Origin: Lama glama
Taxonomy: Eukaryota
DNA: 64,000 bases
Assembly (NCBI GenBank): GCA_028534125.1
Contig: CM052817.1
Coordinates: 87,236,001 to 87,300,000, forward strand
Direction: 5' to 3'
Within the stretch, counting starts at the first letter, position 1. Each line of letters opens with the position of its first letter. Shown here piece after piece: positions 13,809 through 26,840 of the stretch. Made by a program: the position numbers and the translations under genes. The notes under the pieces were generated by a model that was not told the DNA's origin, did not search any database, and saw only the letters and a list, made by a program, of their open reading frames with translations.

Positions 13809-14434
13809 ATTTCTCATAGTTGCCTGAAAGGTAAAAATGATCAGCTTTCTTAGATTTATCGGGATGTCACAGAGTGAGAAGAAATCATTGTTAGGGAAAA
13901 AGATGAAGCTTTATGAATTCTACAGGTATGGTTTTACAGGATATATGAGTTCTACAGGATAGAACAATTATTATGAGATGCAGTGCAATTATTAGTGTCT
14001 TTGACATTACTGAAATTATCTTTGCTGATTTGTACGCAGCTTAGATTTTTTTTTAATCAGCAGAAATTTTGTCAACTAAGGAAATTTACCACCTTCAAAT
14101 AAAGCACACTTGTTAATCTGTTTCAAATGCCTAGACTTTTAGACAAAGTGTTATTGTTAGTCTTTGCACCTTCAACAAAAATGAAGGTATTTCAACAATT
14201 CTGAAGCCATTTTTGAATATCCTGAGTATGAATACTTTTTCTGCCACTATAAAATTAAAAAGTTAAAAACTTAAATATGATTGACGTTTTTGAACCAAGT
14301 TGGTACCAATTTGTATAAGAATATTCCTAAGAAGTTTTTTTCATTAATGTCAAAATTCATTAATAAATATTTCCTGTGCTCCAGGCCCTGTGTAGGAATT
14401 AGGGAATCCAAAATGAATAAAACTTAAAGAATGC

Positions 14435-14587
14435 CACAGGGAACTATATTCAATATCTTATAGTAACCTATAATGAAAAAGAATATGAAAACAAATATAT
14501 TATGCATTATGTATGACTGAAGCATTATATCGTACACCAGAAAGTGATGCAACGTTGTAAACTGACTATACCTCAATAAAAAAAAAA
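14435..14587 (+). mobile_element. Young lineage-specific L1 3' end, inserted in an L2 fragment
   Basis: cacagggaactatattcaatatcttatagtaacctataatgaaaaagaatatgaaaa...gtaaactgactatacctcaataaa plus A tail; the same tail occurs at 33226-33376. Confidence 0.9.
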
Positions 14588-17339
14588 CTATATAAAATTA
14601 ACCTTTCTAAAACAGTAAAAGCTCTATGTAACACTAAAAATGCTGTAAATTGAAATATACATCTAAATAAATGTGTGGAAATAAAAATAATGGTAAAAAA
14701 TTTTTAAAAACTTAATGCATTTTAGGGGAGACAACAGGCAAGATGTGATTCCATGGGCATAGATATACCCTGGGTGTTTTACATAAGTCCACGATTTAAC
14801 ACTTAACCCTGAGAATCAGGTCACAAGCTGAGGCTCAGGAGATTTAAGCAGTAATTTTACTACCTAAAATCAATAAATAACCAGTAAGTAGCAGTCAGGT
14901 TTTGAAGACAGTTTGCCCTAAATCTAAGTCTCATTTTATTTGCTTATTGCTTTGTTTGTTCTTCCAAGTACACTCCCCAGCCATTTTTTTTACCCCAAAA
15001 GCAAAAGAAAGCACCCAAAAGTCTTAAAGGAAACACGATTATAATGGTCTAAGGTCTACTAGGATTATTCCAAGATTATGTTCTTGTGACTAAAGATTTT
15101 CTTCTCCCAAAGACTTTTAATTATTTATAACTTTGGTCAGTGTATCATCTCCATCCTCCTTCCATAACTCGCTCTCACTTAAGTCACAGTTCCTAACTTT
15201 TTATGATTTTCATTTGTGTATAGATTTCCACTGAAATTATTACCCAGATTTTTTAGTTCATTTTCATCATTTTTTTCTTCATTGTATTCAACTCTACTTC
15301 CTTTTGACTTTGTCTGTCACATTCTGCTTTCAGCTACTTTTTCATGCTTCTTCCTATACAGTGACAACTTTTTCCCCACTATAGGTTTTAAAAAGTGCCA
15401 ATAAGTAAATGGCAGAGAGTGGGACTTGACTGAAAGGAAATGTTCCTTTATACTGTATAGAAAGCTTCAGCATACACCCAGCAAAGGGGGAGCTCTATGG
15501 GGCTCTGGGAGCTCAGACATCTTTCTTTCTTTGGGTCTACGTCCTTCTATGAGATCTGCCCCTTCCACTGCCGGCCCAGAGGGAGGTGGGGGCGCTGGGG
15601 CCGGGAAAGACTTTCTGTCCGTCACCCGGCAGGCAGCTCTCTCCGCTTGACCGTGGGTTTCCAGATGAGCAGATCTACCTTATATTTTCATTATGGTTAA
15701 GAAGCCAGTGTGAATTTCTCCTGCTAAAACCAAGAGCATGTTCTTTACATAAACAGACAGTGGGTCTGGCAAACTCCATTCAGGATTTTTTTCCTTACTA
15801 TTACATGCAACTAAAAGCCTATCTAAAAACTGCTAGTTAAGTGGCAAGCAAAGTGTAACTAGAGGGAATTTTAAAAGGAATAAACATTTTTTCTGTTAGT
15901 AACTTCAGTTAAATGTTTCTGATTATTTAACAGCAGAAAGCACATAATACTGAACTTATGGGAACCAAAACTTTCTTATATTTGTTTGGACACAAAGAGT
16001 CTGAAGAATGCTTTAAACTCCTCATAACGGCCTGGTGGTTGTTTAGGAGTCCTGGGATGCTGTGATTTCAGCAGAGCACTTTGCGTTGAAATAATGTTTT
16101 AAGGACATTAAAGCAATTTCACTTGTGTGACATTACACTTGAAATCTCTGTAGCTAGGCTGGATGTACAAATGGGTTAACCGTTTGAGTCGTGACTTATC
16201 TACTGCCACAATGCTAGGAAGTGTTATCCAGTTAGGGCCACATCACACGAATTCTGATTCTTACTGAAAATTTTATTACAACATACCTTTGAATAGGCAC
16301 AGGGTATAGTGGTATTGGGTTAATTATAACCGCGTTTTTCTCTGGATGTCATGGAGTTGAGATGCTCTTGGAGACTGATTACATCCCCACGATGGCTGCA
16401 GCCCAAATCCCTGCAAGGGCAGAGGTGGTGGCACCCTAGCCTAATGAGGCAGAAAAAACACCCCAAATCAAACGTCATCTTAGAGTCACTTAATTTTACT
16501 ATTTATACTGTTGGTAGTGGTATTTTGATGAAAAATAGTCAAGAGAATGTATCTCTCTTCCTTATAGAAGTGCTACCATGTTACAAAGGTTTTTTCACCC
16601 AGAGATCTATCAATATTTGCTGCTCCAAAGGTACCTGTAATTTCTTGACGTTAGACATAATCTTCCTTTTTGCTCTCTTGCAGATTCCATTCTTGTCATA
16701 CCCAAATGTGCTTTAATGTAGCAGAATGTCCCTGTAACCTGTCACGAATTTTCTAGTTTTAAATTTAAGCAGGTTTTTATTCTTGATTCAGGAATTATGT
16801 TTAACATGTCACAAAGAAGAAGTACAGAGACACACTGAGGGTGGATGACTGCTGAGTTAGGAAGGGGATCTTCAGTGCAGCACAGTCTCAGCTCACTGCA
16901 CGCCCTCTCTGGGTGCATCTCCACCATGAGATGTTATTCTCAAAGGCTTTACTCTCTCTCTTCCTCCCTAGGAGGATCACTTAGAGGATTCAATTTCAGT
17001 AAGTTCAGTAATTATCTCAGTACTTTTAAGAGACTTCATGGGAGTTATTCCCAGGGAAAGTTCATGCTTTTCAACAGGATTTAAGGAGAACAAGCCACTT
17101 TCTTAGAGGGACTGTAAATGCTATAATTTTATTTATTTCCCCTTCAGATTGCCTAACACATTGAGACCCTACTTGAGGCAGGTCTAGATTATTTTTGTTA
17201 AATCTTTTGATACACATCATGTAAATTATACTAAACTCCCCTCAGATTCCAGTTAATGAGCCACGCTACTTCTGGTTACCAAACATTGTTTCTAGTTTCC
17301 TGCATGCAATAAGCCAGAGTCATTCAATAATTAACTTAT

Positions 17340-20070
17340 TATTCATTTATTAATTAATTCATTCAAATCTATTTGTTGAGCAATCTCTCAGTGACAGGGA
17401 TAGTTCTATACTCTAAGGACAACATGACAAGCAAGACAAACTCTGTCTTAATGGAGGTAAAATTCTAGCTGAAAATAAACAATGCAAATTCATGTGGAGA
17501 TAAACTCTGTAACAGACCAGAATGTGGGGTCAGAAGCGGATGGTGAGGGATGCCATGATGAGTAATGCTGCCAGGAACACTTCTCTGAAGAAGGAACATT
17601 TAAGGAGGCAATGGAAGATGGTAAGTAAATGAGAGATGGATGTTAACAGAGAAATAAGTATCCCAGGGAGAGAGGCCAGGAAGTACAAAAATCTTTCGGG
17701 GAGTAAGAGCTTGGCACATTTGAGGAATAACTGAAAAGTAAGTGGTGCTAGAGCTGAGTGTGGAGGAGAGTGGTGATCAAAGATGGGTTTAGATGTCCTT
17801 CCAGGACTTGTGAATGTTTGAGTTTTATGCTAAGTGTGATGAAAGCTATTGAAAAAATTGGGGCAGGACGGGGGTGCCATGAGCTTATTTATGTATGAAG
17901 TTAATAAAAATCTCAAGTTGAATGTTTATGTTAACATGTTTATGGGATAGCTATGCAGTCAAGCTCTGGGCAACTGTGTTGGCCCAGGAAGATAATACAA
18001 GGTGCTACACTAAACCAAGTGAGAGAAAATGATGGCTGGATTGGGTAGGTCAGGGCAGCATATGATGGTAAAGAGTGGCCAGACTGGAGATTTTGATAAT
18101 AAATTTTATGTAGCATAAGAGGGGGGAAAAGAAGCGTCAATGATATATCTTCCCCTGAGCAACAGAGAGAATGGCAGCAATGCTGTTGAGAAGGTAAACT
18201 CTGAGGTTTGGTGAAGACAGCTTGGGGAAGGGAATTATGTCTTTATTTTGGACATATTAATTTTGAGATACCTATCAGTTACCCAAATATGTCTGTTGAA
18301 CAGGTAGTTCTCTATTAGAATTAAGAACTTAGTGACAATCTCTGGTCTGAAGACTTCAAGATTATCAATATAATAGAGATTACATAAAAGAAAAAGAGTG
18401 GGTGTGTTCAGAGAAAAATAGATGCCCTCGTGTTGAGCCCTAGTTTATAACAACTTCAAATAATTGAAAAGGCTTAGAGAAGGCAGCGGAAGAAATGGAG
18501 AAGGAACAACAAATGCAATAGGAAGAAAATCAAAGCATGAGATGTCTCTAGAGCCAAGCGTATAAATGTTTAAAGAAGTAGGGGTTTTCTGCTTCCAGGA
18601 GATGGCACACTAGAGGTACAGAGAAAATCCTCTCAGTGCACATCCTTGTAAGTGATGGACATACTATTTTAAACAAAATTGTTTTCAAGGCAAAACAGAG
18701 CAGGTGGTAATGTTAGGGAAACAACCAGATGCCAGAAATGACAAAAAAGCTGCATTCCACAAACATAAGCTAACACAGGAACTGGTGCTTTTCTTCAAAA
18801 TATTCTTCTGATCCCTGGTGGCCTGGAGCCTGGTCTTGAAGAGCATTCTAAGTAGAGGAAGTAAAAATGTAGAATGAGTGGAAAATGGGATCAGAGATCT
18901 CTAGATAGTCAAGACCCCAATGGTTGAACTCAGGGGAAAAAAATCTCTCAAAAGAAGACTTTCCTGCCTCAGCCTTGTCTTAGGCAAAAGCAGGGGTAAT
19001 AATGGAGCCTCCTTTGATAAATCCTAGTTGTACCCCAGTAGTCACTCAACTGGTGTCGAATTCTTTGTGTCCTGAAAAGTTGAGAATTGACGTTAACAAT
19101 TTTTCATAGGGGTGTTATACCATCAGGCTTTAGGCAAATGGCTGGCAGAAACAACACAGTTATCTTTTCTCAAAGAACACATTTTAGAAACAGACCTCAA
19201 TGATATCACACAGAATCAGCAGTTCCAAAGAATACGAGCTATCAGAAATATTTTAAAATATCTGGAAACAAACATTGATGTCAAAGATTGCTGAAATGTG
19301 GGCCACAGTGATGTTGATTACCTCAAGATGAGTGTTTCCTCTCCAGTTGTGAAGAGGAAACCCTGACAGGAGTGGGTTCCAGAGAGGGTGGAGGTTGTAT
19401 GGGTTTCTTATTGCTGCTGCAACAAATTACCACAAACCCAGTGGCATAAAAAAAAAAAAGTGTTATGTTACAGTTTGGGAGGTCAGAAGTCCAGAAGGGG
19501 TTTCACCGGACTAACATTAAGGTGTCAGCAGGGGTGCACTACTTTCAGAGGCTCTGGGGCAGAATCTCTTTCCTGTCATTCCCAGTTTCTAAGGCCGCCT
19601 GCATTCCTCCCCTTCTAGACCCTTTCTCTGTCTTCAGTGCCTCTGCTTCCATACCTGTATCTCCTTCTCTGCTCCTTCTGCCTCCCTCTTGCATCTTTTT
19701 AGTACTCCTTTGATTACATAGGGACCACCCAGATAATTCAGGGTAATGTTCTCATCATAAAATACATAACCTAATCATCTCTGTGAAATTCCCTTTTTCC
19801 ATGGAAGAAAACCTATCCACAAGTTCCAGGGAGTAAGAAATGGACATGTATGGGGAACCATTATTCTGCCTTCCAAAGATGGTGGAGGAGGTGAGAGAGG
19901 ATGCAAGAGTTGGAGAATGGTGTAGATGGGATAGGACAGTTCATCAAGTGAAGCTTTCAAGAGGGAAGTTGGGTTATCATGGTAGATTTGGTGCTGGGAA
20001 GATGCAGATACAATCTTCTGAATGCTTCTATTGCTTCTCAGTGAAAGAAAACAAGGTTACTAGTAAAATT
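17340..20070 (-). mobile_element. Long L2 LINE, interrupted by an L1-like segment (~18590-19280) and an MLT1 LTR
   Basis: L2 3' end attcattcaaatctatttgttgagca, then continuous antisense L2 motifs (ttttggacatattaattttgagat, gtcaaagattgctga, ttcttctgaatgcttctattgcttctcagtgaaa-type). Boundaries are approximate. Confidence 0.7.
19396..19872 (-). mobile_element. MaLR LTR (MLT1A/MLT1B-like)
   Basis: tgtatgggtttcttattgctgctgcaacaaattaccacaaac...ggaggtcagaagtcc...cccagataattcagggtaat...ggggaaccattattctgcct. Confidence 0.85.
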
Positions 20071-20939
20071 TGATATATTATTGAAGTTAGCTTAAAATGG
20101 AAAGAGCTAATAGCACTGCTCAAATTAAACTTACTATCAGGAAACTAAGAACAAAAACAAATTGACATTTGAATTTCCAAATGTATTACAGATGAAATAT
20201 GGAGCAAATAGTCAGGGACTTGATGGAAATGATACTGAAAAATAGAATAGAAGCCAGTCAAGGAATTTTCAATGACCAGCAGAAAGCATCACCTGAATTA
20301 AAAGTATAGGACAATAAAGCCAGTAAGAAATAGAGATGAGCCTGGATCTATCAAAAATGTGAGATGAAAAAAGTAATTGGTCCATCAGAAAGTAATACAA
20401 CGTTGTAAATGGACCATACTTCAATTAAAAAAAAAAAGGAATTTGTCTTCTAAAGGCCAGAATCTGCAGGTTCATTTACCTCATCTCTGTCTTACAAGAA
20501 GAACCTAAGCCCTGTTAAATTTATCTTCTAAAATATTTTGAGTCAATTTTTATGCCCTAACTCATTCTTACTGCAATATATTTTAGCAAATAAGAATTCT
20601 ATTTTTGGAGTAAAATATTTAGAATTAATATCCTGGCTTTGTCATTTACTAACATGGATTTTTGGCACTTTAAGAATATAAGCCATAATAATAATTATTA
20701 CTATTATCATAATTATTATCATAAAATAGTAGCAGTTGTCAATGATGCAATAGTCTTCGTAGTAAGAATAACTAAGTCCCTTTCTTTTATTGTCTGCAAT
20801 ATAACAATTCCCAACTGGTTCTCCAGTATCTTTTTTATGCTAAACAATAGACTGTGAACAACTTTTCTTACAACAAAAGCAGCAATAATAATAAAAATAT
20901 GAAACCCTAGAATGTACTAGAAAATTTATATTACAGACA

Positions 20940-21095
20940 TTTGTCTAAATACTTGACATTTAGTAATTCATTTAATCCCCTACAAAACACTAACAGTGTT
21001 GGGTTGGTACCATTAATATCCCTATTTCCCTGATGAGGTATTTGAGGCTTCAAGATGCAAGTAACTCTCCAAGGTCACGCAGCTAGTAAGTGACA
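20940..21095 (-). mobile_element. MIR SINE
   Basis: catttaatcccc...gatgaggtatttgaggct...aagtaactctccaaggtcacgcagctagtaagtg. Confidence 0.8.
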
Positions 21096-21368
21096 CTACA
21101 ATCATGGTAGCACCTGTTCTTTCATGAAATGCTTTAAGAAACAGTCACGTAAAAGGAAAAGCAAGGTTAGGCTATATGTGATACTTTTGCCTTGACTCCC
21201 AAAACAGGAGATCCCTTATACTTCTTTCACTGACCTTCAAGATGAAAAAGACTTACAATCATGATCATGAGCCTGTATGGACTTTACGTTTTTGAATTAC
21301 ATGCAGAGAGAAAAGGCATTTCCCCCACTAAAACAGCACTGAAGAAACAGAGCAAAGAGATTTCCAAT

Positions 21369-22071
21369 ACAGACAGTGCCAGACTTAAGGACAGTTCGAC
21401 TTGTGATTTTTCAATTTTATGAGGGTGCCAAAGCCACACACGTTCAGTAGAAACTGTACTTCAAGTTTTGAATTTCAATCTTTTCCCAGGCTTCAGATAT
21501 GCGGTATAATTCTCTCTTGTGATGCTGGGTAGTGGCAGAGGGCCACAGCTCCCAGCCAGCCACGTGATCACTGTCATGATAAAGAACCCAGATGCTGACA
21601 ACCATTCTGTTTGTCCTTTCAGTACAGTACTTAATACACTAAATGACATAGTCTATGCTTTATTATAAAACAGGCTTTGTGTTAGAGGATTTTGTACAAC
21701 TGTAGGCTAAGGTAAGTGTCTGAGCACGTTTAAGGTAGGCTAAGCTAAATTACGATGCTTCACATGCATTTTTTCTTATTTTTTTTATTGAAGTAGTCAG
21801 TTTACAATGTTAGTTTCAGATGTACAGCAAAGCGATTCAGTTATACGTATTCATACATACATATATATTTTTCAGTTTCTTTTCCATTACAGCTCATTAC
21901 AAGGAATTGAATATAATGCTCCACAGTAGGTCTTTGCTGTTCCCATTTTATGTATAGCAATGTGTATCTGTTAATCCCAATCTCTTCATACATGCATTTT
22001 TGACTTAATAATATTTTCAAATCACAATGGGTTTATCAGAATATAACCCCATCATAAGTCGAGGAAGATCT
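21369..22071. mobile_element. TcMar-Tigger DNA transposon (Tigger3/Golem-like), split by an L1 tail
   Basis: Left end cagacagtgccagacttaagg...ttcagtagaaactgtacttcaagt; right end atgggtttatcagaatataaccccatcataagtcgaggaagatct. Confidence 0.85.
21774..21989 (-). mobile_element. Young L1 3' end nested in Tigger3
   Basis: Antisense L1 tail (tttattgaagtagtcagtttacaatgttagtttcagatgtacagcaaagcgattcag); 12-bp TSD acatgcattttt at 21762-21773 and 21990-22001. Confidence 0.9.
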
Positions 22072-22437
22072 ATATTTAGAAGTGCTTAGGTTCCCTTTTC
22101 CCCGTAACCTCTCCAGTGTATAAGAAATTGAGCGACATCCTGATGTGTGGATTCCACTGCTTGCTAAACTGTATTCTGGATAATCAGCTTTGATGTGGGA
22201 GGAGGCATGGTATCAGACACCTGTGAAGAATGGCTAAGTAAGGTGTCTTCACAAGAAAAGTCTAAGTTTCAAGTAAAATTACAAAATTCTGTGAAAGTAA
22301 AAATGTTTCTAGGTATTAATAAATTTATCTTCAAGATAACTAGATATCTGATAAAATTATCTGTCTACATGCCAGCTGTTATTACCTCACTGATTCAACT
22401 ATGTGGCAAAAAAAGGGGTTATTCAGGTTGTATTATT

Positions 22438-22530
22438 TTATTTATTTATTATTTATTTAAAAATTTTTTATTGAGTTATAGTCATTTTACAATGTTGTGT
22501 CACATTCCAGTGTAAAGCACAATTTTTCAG
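22438..22530 (-). mobile_element. Severely 5'-truncated young L1 tail
   Basis: tttattgagttatagtcattttacaatgttgtgtcacattccagtgta; perfect 16-bp TSD ttcaggttgtattatt at 22422-22437 and 22531-22546. Confidence 0.9.
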
Positions 22531-23179
22531 TTCAGGTTGTATTATTAAAAGAGAGATTTCTTAATGCTTGCAGTTTATAGGACTTAACAATATTATCATA
22601 GAATTAAAAGTTCAGTTTTACCATACAAATTCTAAGTATTTGGAAAAAGTGATAAACCATCTTCTTTGGGCAGAAGCATAATAAAGATAAATTTACACAC
22701 TCTGAGGTACGATACATACTGAAAAATACTCAGTATCATTTCTTCAAAGCATGAGCTATTTGTTCTTATGATCTTTTTATTAAACTTAGTCCAATTATGG
22801 GCCAGGCTAGGAGTAGAATTAGGTATTACTGATGCTGATAACTTAGCAATGATTTAAATAAAATGGATGAAGATTATGAAAAAAATATTTTGGAGAGAAA
22901 CGAACTAATTTTGAATATAGTTAAGTAAACTTTGATTCATTAATTTATTTTCAGGAAAGGAAGCAGGCAATGTACTTACCTATCATTGAGTCTACAAAAT
23001 TGACCAATTAAGGACAACGAAGATATGGAATTAAAAAAAAATCAGATTCCAGATATTGATTATTTTGATCTATACTCCCCTCTCTGGAATGCTATATCAA
23101 GTAGAGCTTCAGTACATGGGTTAGAAGCCAAACGCTTCAAACAAATATTTGAGGCTCACCATGTCTGTTTCCGATGCTC

Positions 23180-23900
23180 ATTCCCTCTGTCACCAGATGT
23201 AATGCTAGCTTCTACTCCTGCTCCTCAAAAAGAATAATGACTTGATTATGTTTCCAATTATCTTCACGTGACTAAATTTAATGGACATTTTCATTTCCAT
23301 GTCATAATCATTTCAGAATCACTGGACGTTGTTGAGCTGCTTCTTGAAACCCTCTCTTCATTTGCTTCTAAATCACAACAATCTCCAGTTGCCTTACACA
23401 TCTCTTGTCATCTCTTCTTGTATGAGTGATTATACTGCGTTTTGTTAACATTATGTGTTGCAATTTTTCTGTGGTTGGTTCTAGGCACTCTTCTCTCTCT
23501 CTCTTTTTTCCTTAGGCGATCTCTTCCACGTTGATAGCTGCAGTGATGGCCACATAAAAAGATGAATCCCAAATTCACATCTTCATTACAGACTTCTTTG
23601 TTCTGAGTTCTTAGAGCTGTGCATTCAGTAGCTTGCAGGACATATTTCTAGTCTTTAATGTTAACTCAAATGTAGCACACATAAATCTGAGGACAAGATA
23701 GTCACCTCCAGGCCAACTTTATTTCCAACAATGTATATCTGTGGATGTTTCCACCATCCGTAGGGTTATGGTTATAAGCATAATATTTACCCTTCAGACC
23801 CAAAAGCTTCCTAATGTCTTTTCAAAATAATTGTTTATTTTCATCTGCACTGCCAACATTCCTACCCGAGTTATAATCCTCTTTTATTTTGATTATAAGT
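23180..23900 (+). mobile_element. L2 LINE fragment
   Basis: aatggacattttc..., cttcttgaaaccctctcttc and gatgaatcccaaattcacatct are typical sense L2 ORF2-derived motifs. Confidence 0.65.
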
Positions 23901-23954
23901 TTTTTTTTATCCAAGGATATATGTCCTTATTTATTTTAAACCTTTTTTAAATTT

Positions 23955-24160
23955 AATAAGCCCTTATATACTTCCTGTGTGTTGGGCTCTATTCCAGGCA
24001 TTTAAAAAATATTTACTTACTTAATCTTCAGAGTGACTCTGTAAGGTATTTATAATTATTATCTCTACTTTGTAGGTAAGGGCAATGAGGCACAGAGAGG
24101 GTAAGTAACTTGTTAAAGGCCACCAAGCAAAGGTTAAGCAGTATATAAAGCCAGATGGTC
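23955..24160 (-). mobile_element. MIR SINE
   Basis: tgaggcacagagagggtaagtaacttgttaaaggccac. Confidence 0.75.
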
Positions 24161-26397
24161 TTAACTTAATTTTTTATATTGTTTTGTCTTGTTTACTAAT
24201 GCAGAAAACTTAGCAACATATTTTTAAATCTCATAGCCAAAAAGTTTTTACATTAAGAGTTAGTCTTTAAATTTTCAAATAAGTAATTCCTACTTTATGC
24301 CAGACCACTTAGGTGTTTTATGTGCTCATACATGAAACTACGATTGTAATGGTCTGCAAATCTTTAGAAAAGAGATCAATGGTATAACAGAGTCCATACA
24401 TCTTCATTTTAGTCATTGTGGATAACCAAACAATGCTTTTGACTCATAGCTTGTACAAATTTTTTTAAAGAATGTAACGGGCTGTATATTAGCATCTGCA
24501 AAAGCTTTTGAATTTGTTAGTGTCCCATTAAGCTGAAATAATTTCATAAATAACTGAAAATAATAACACATTTTTCTAGGTTTCTTCTCATATCCTTAAA
24601 ATAAACCAATTAAAATAAGCTATATAATCACTTGAGGTATTAACTTGTTTCATTTTTGATTTCTGGGAATTTCTGCTTTCCATTAGGAGTATTCCAATGG
24701 AATAGAATTTTTGCTTTCCATTGTATTCCAACGTCTAAACAATTAACTTAACTGTGCACATTTCATTGTTCAGGGTGCACTATTATGATTGAAATGTAGA
24801 TCTTAGACACCAGAAAGTCAAAACATTGACCAAACCGTTATACAATTAAATCTACCTTTCAAAGAAAGTGTTTCCCTAAGTAAGAAGACAGTACTAGTGT
24901 CTGCGTATTTAAAAGCAGATAAATATTTTCTTTAAGTCCACAGTCACGCAATACAATGTGCTTTAGAATTGCAGTATTAACTACTGTTTGGGATAATGAG
25001 TTGACACACAGCTTACCGCAGTGTGTTCACGGATGAGCTGCTTCAGCAGTGTTACAAAGACTTTGAAACATCCATGGGAAAATAATAAAAAGACTTGAAA
25101 CGGGAATAGATTCAACAGGCTCTTTGCAGTTAACCTTTAAAAATGCCATCTGAAGCTATTGAAAAGAACCAACACAGTACTTTAAGAAAAAGGTGTCATT
25201 ATGAAATGTTATTCTAAAAAATAGTCCTGGTTGAGCTAGTTTTTCTATCTCGTATATGTATACATTCATATCTCCAACAAGATGGAAAAGTATTACTTTT
25301 CTTAAAATGAAAAATAAGAGAAAAAAGTTTGTTGTCTATTCTTATGAAAAACACAAATGGTATAGCAGCGATCACCTCCTTTGTCACTATTTCTTTATGT
25401 GTTTTATTTCAAATATTTTTCTAAGTGTTACGTTCAGTTCCTTGAAATGCAAAAAAAAATCACATAATCAAAATTGCTAAAAAGTAACAACACCAGATTG
25501 ACCTGTTACCTTAAATGGTCTTTGATGAATTAAGGCTGTTCATCCTGCTATTTTTGAAATTATCTATTAAAAAAAAAAACCAGGAACCTAAAAATAACAG
25601 AAAATCATTCTGTACCAGAGAATATAAATAGGGTTCATATACAAAGTATGAGAATGACAGATATTTTCAACAGGAATATAAGTTTAAAACTTTAGAAGGT
25701 TTTAGTCACCTTTATCTTGAATGTCATTTGCCTTGCAACACTGGAGACATAGAAGAGAAAACCAAATATACACGGTAAGAGCAGACATGTGTATTTTTTT
25801 TCTTGAAACTTTAAAATATTTATATTGCTAAATATTTCATATTTAAAGAAAACATGTGTTGTTCTTTCCCCATGCATATTATACCTTATTATCTATATGA
25901 GGAACCAACACTTTGAAGGAGCAGTTATCGATGCCATAGCCTTGCTGTCACTGATTCTACTTAAATCGTCCAGCACCCGCAGGTACAGCCTTATTGTTTG
26001 AAACACCAATGCTATATGAAAAGTGAAAAGAACAGAGAGGTTTCCTAGCAACTCCTGGGATCCTTCTAAAGAAATTCGGTTAAAACCATACAGTACGTGG
26101 AGTGGGTGTAAATTAAGAGTATGAAGTTCAGTAGTGGGTTTTCTAATGCCCACTGTAAAACACAGTAACCTATATAACAGGAGCCAAATTCCTCAAGAAG
26201 GAAATCACATCAGAGCTGTGACAGTTTAGACATCATTTAACTAATCCAGCTTAAATTCCACTGAGGACGTATAAGCCCAAGTACCAGAAGCAAAGTAACG
26301 AAGTACAAAATCAGAGTTAGGAATGCTTAGTGTCCTTACTCTGGGTGTGGACTTTAAGAAGTGCTTTATCTTTGCCCACTCCTAGCTTCTGTGTGAA

Positions 26398-26440
26398 CGC
26401 ACACACACACGCAGACACACACACCCCACCACACGCACCA
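26398..26440. repeat. (CA)n microsatellite, imperfect
   Basis: Directly visible. Confidence 0.85.
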
Positions 26441-26659
26441 GATACCCGTTGTCTCGCCTGGAAACTTACTAGTGGAATAAATGCATGTTGATATCTGATT
26501 AACCAGTTTTCTGTTTCACATTATACATGTTGCTTTATGAAAACAAAATATAATTAAAAGGTAGTTTAAGTAAAGCAATTTAATGGAAAACTTCTCATTC
26601 TCTTAAGCTCTTTAAAGTACAAAAATGCTTTGTGACACATGGCATTTGAAATAATACTT

Positions 26660-26840
26660 TTGCTAATGCTTTCATTTGATATTTACAAAACGTCTCTGTA
26701 ATAGTGATTATTTCATAGCCCATTTCACAGACGAAAGAACTAAGTTTAAGAGAGAGATTAAATGCTTCATTAAAGCTGATTCAGCAAAGAAGCAGTTGAA
26801 CCAGAATTCCAGATGAGACGTTCTAATTCTGCTTGCCTTC
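26660..26840 (-). mobile_element. MIR SINE
   Basis: cccatttcacagacgaaagaactaag...agagagattaaatg...gaaccagaattc. Confidence 0.65.

Noticed and set aside
24667..24731. Short direct/inverted repeat patchwork (also 53602-53664 and 61068-61118)
   Set aside because: These are two-copy micro-duplications typical of slippage or repair. There is no array and no CRISPR-like repeat-spacer structure, and the DNA is mammalian.
7183..24840. Isolated perfect MYB palindromic sites (TAACGGTT at 7183, AACCGTTA at 24833) as evidence of a piRNA cluster
   Set aside because: Scattered 8-mers are not diagnostic, and piRNA clusters cannot be called without small-RNA data.
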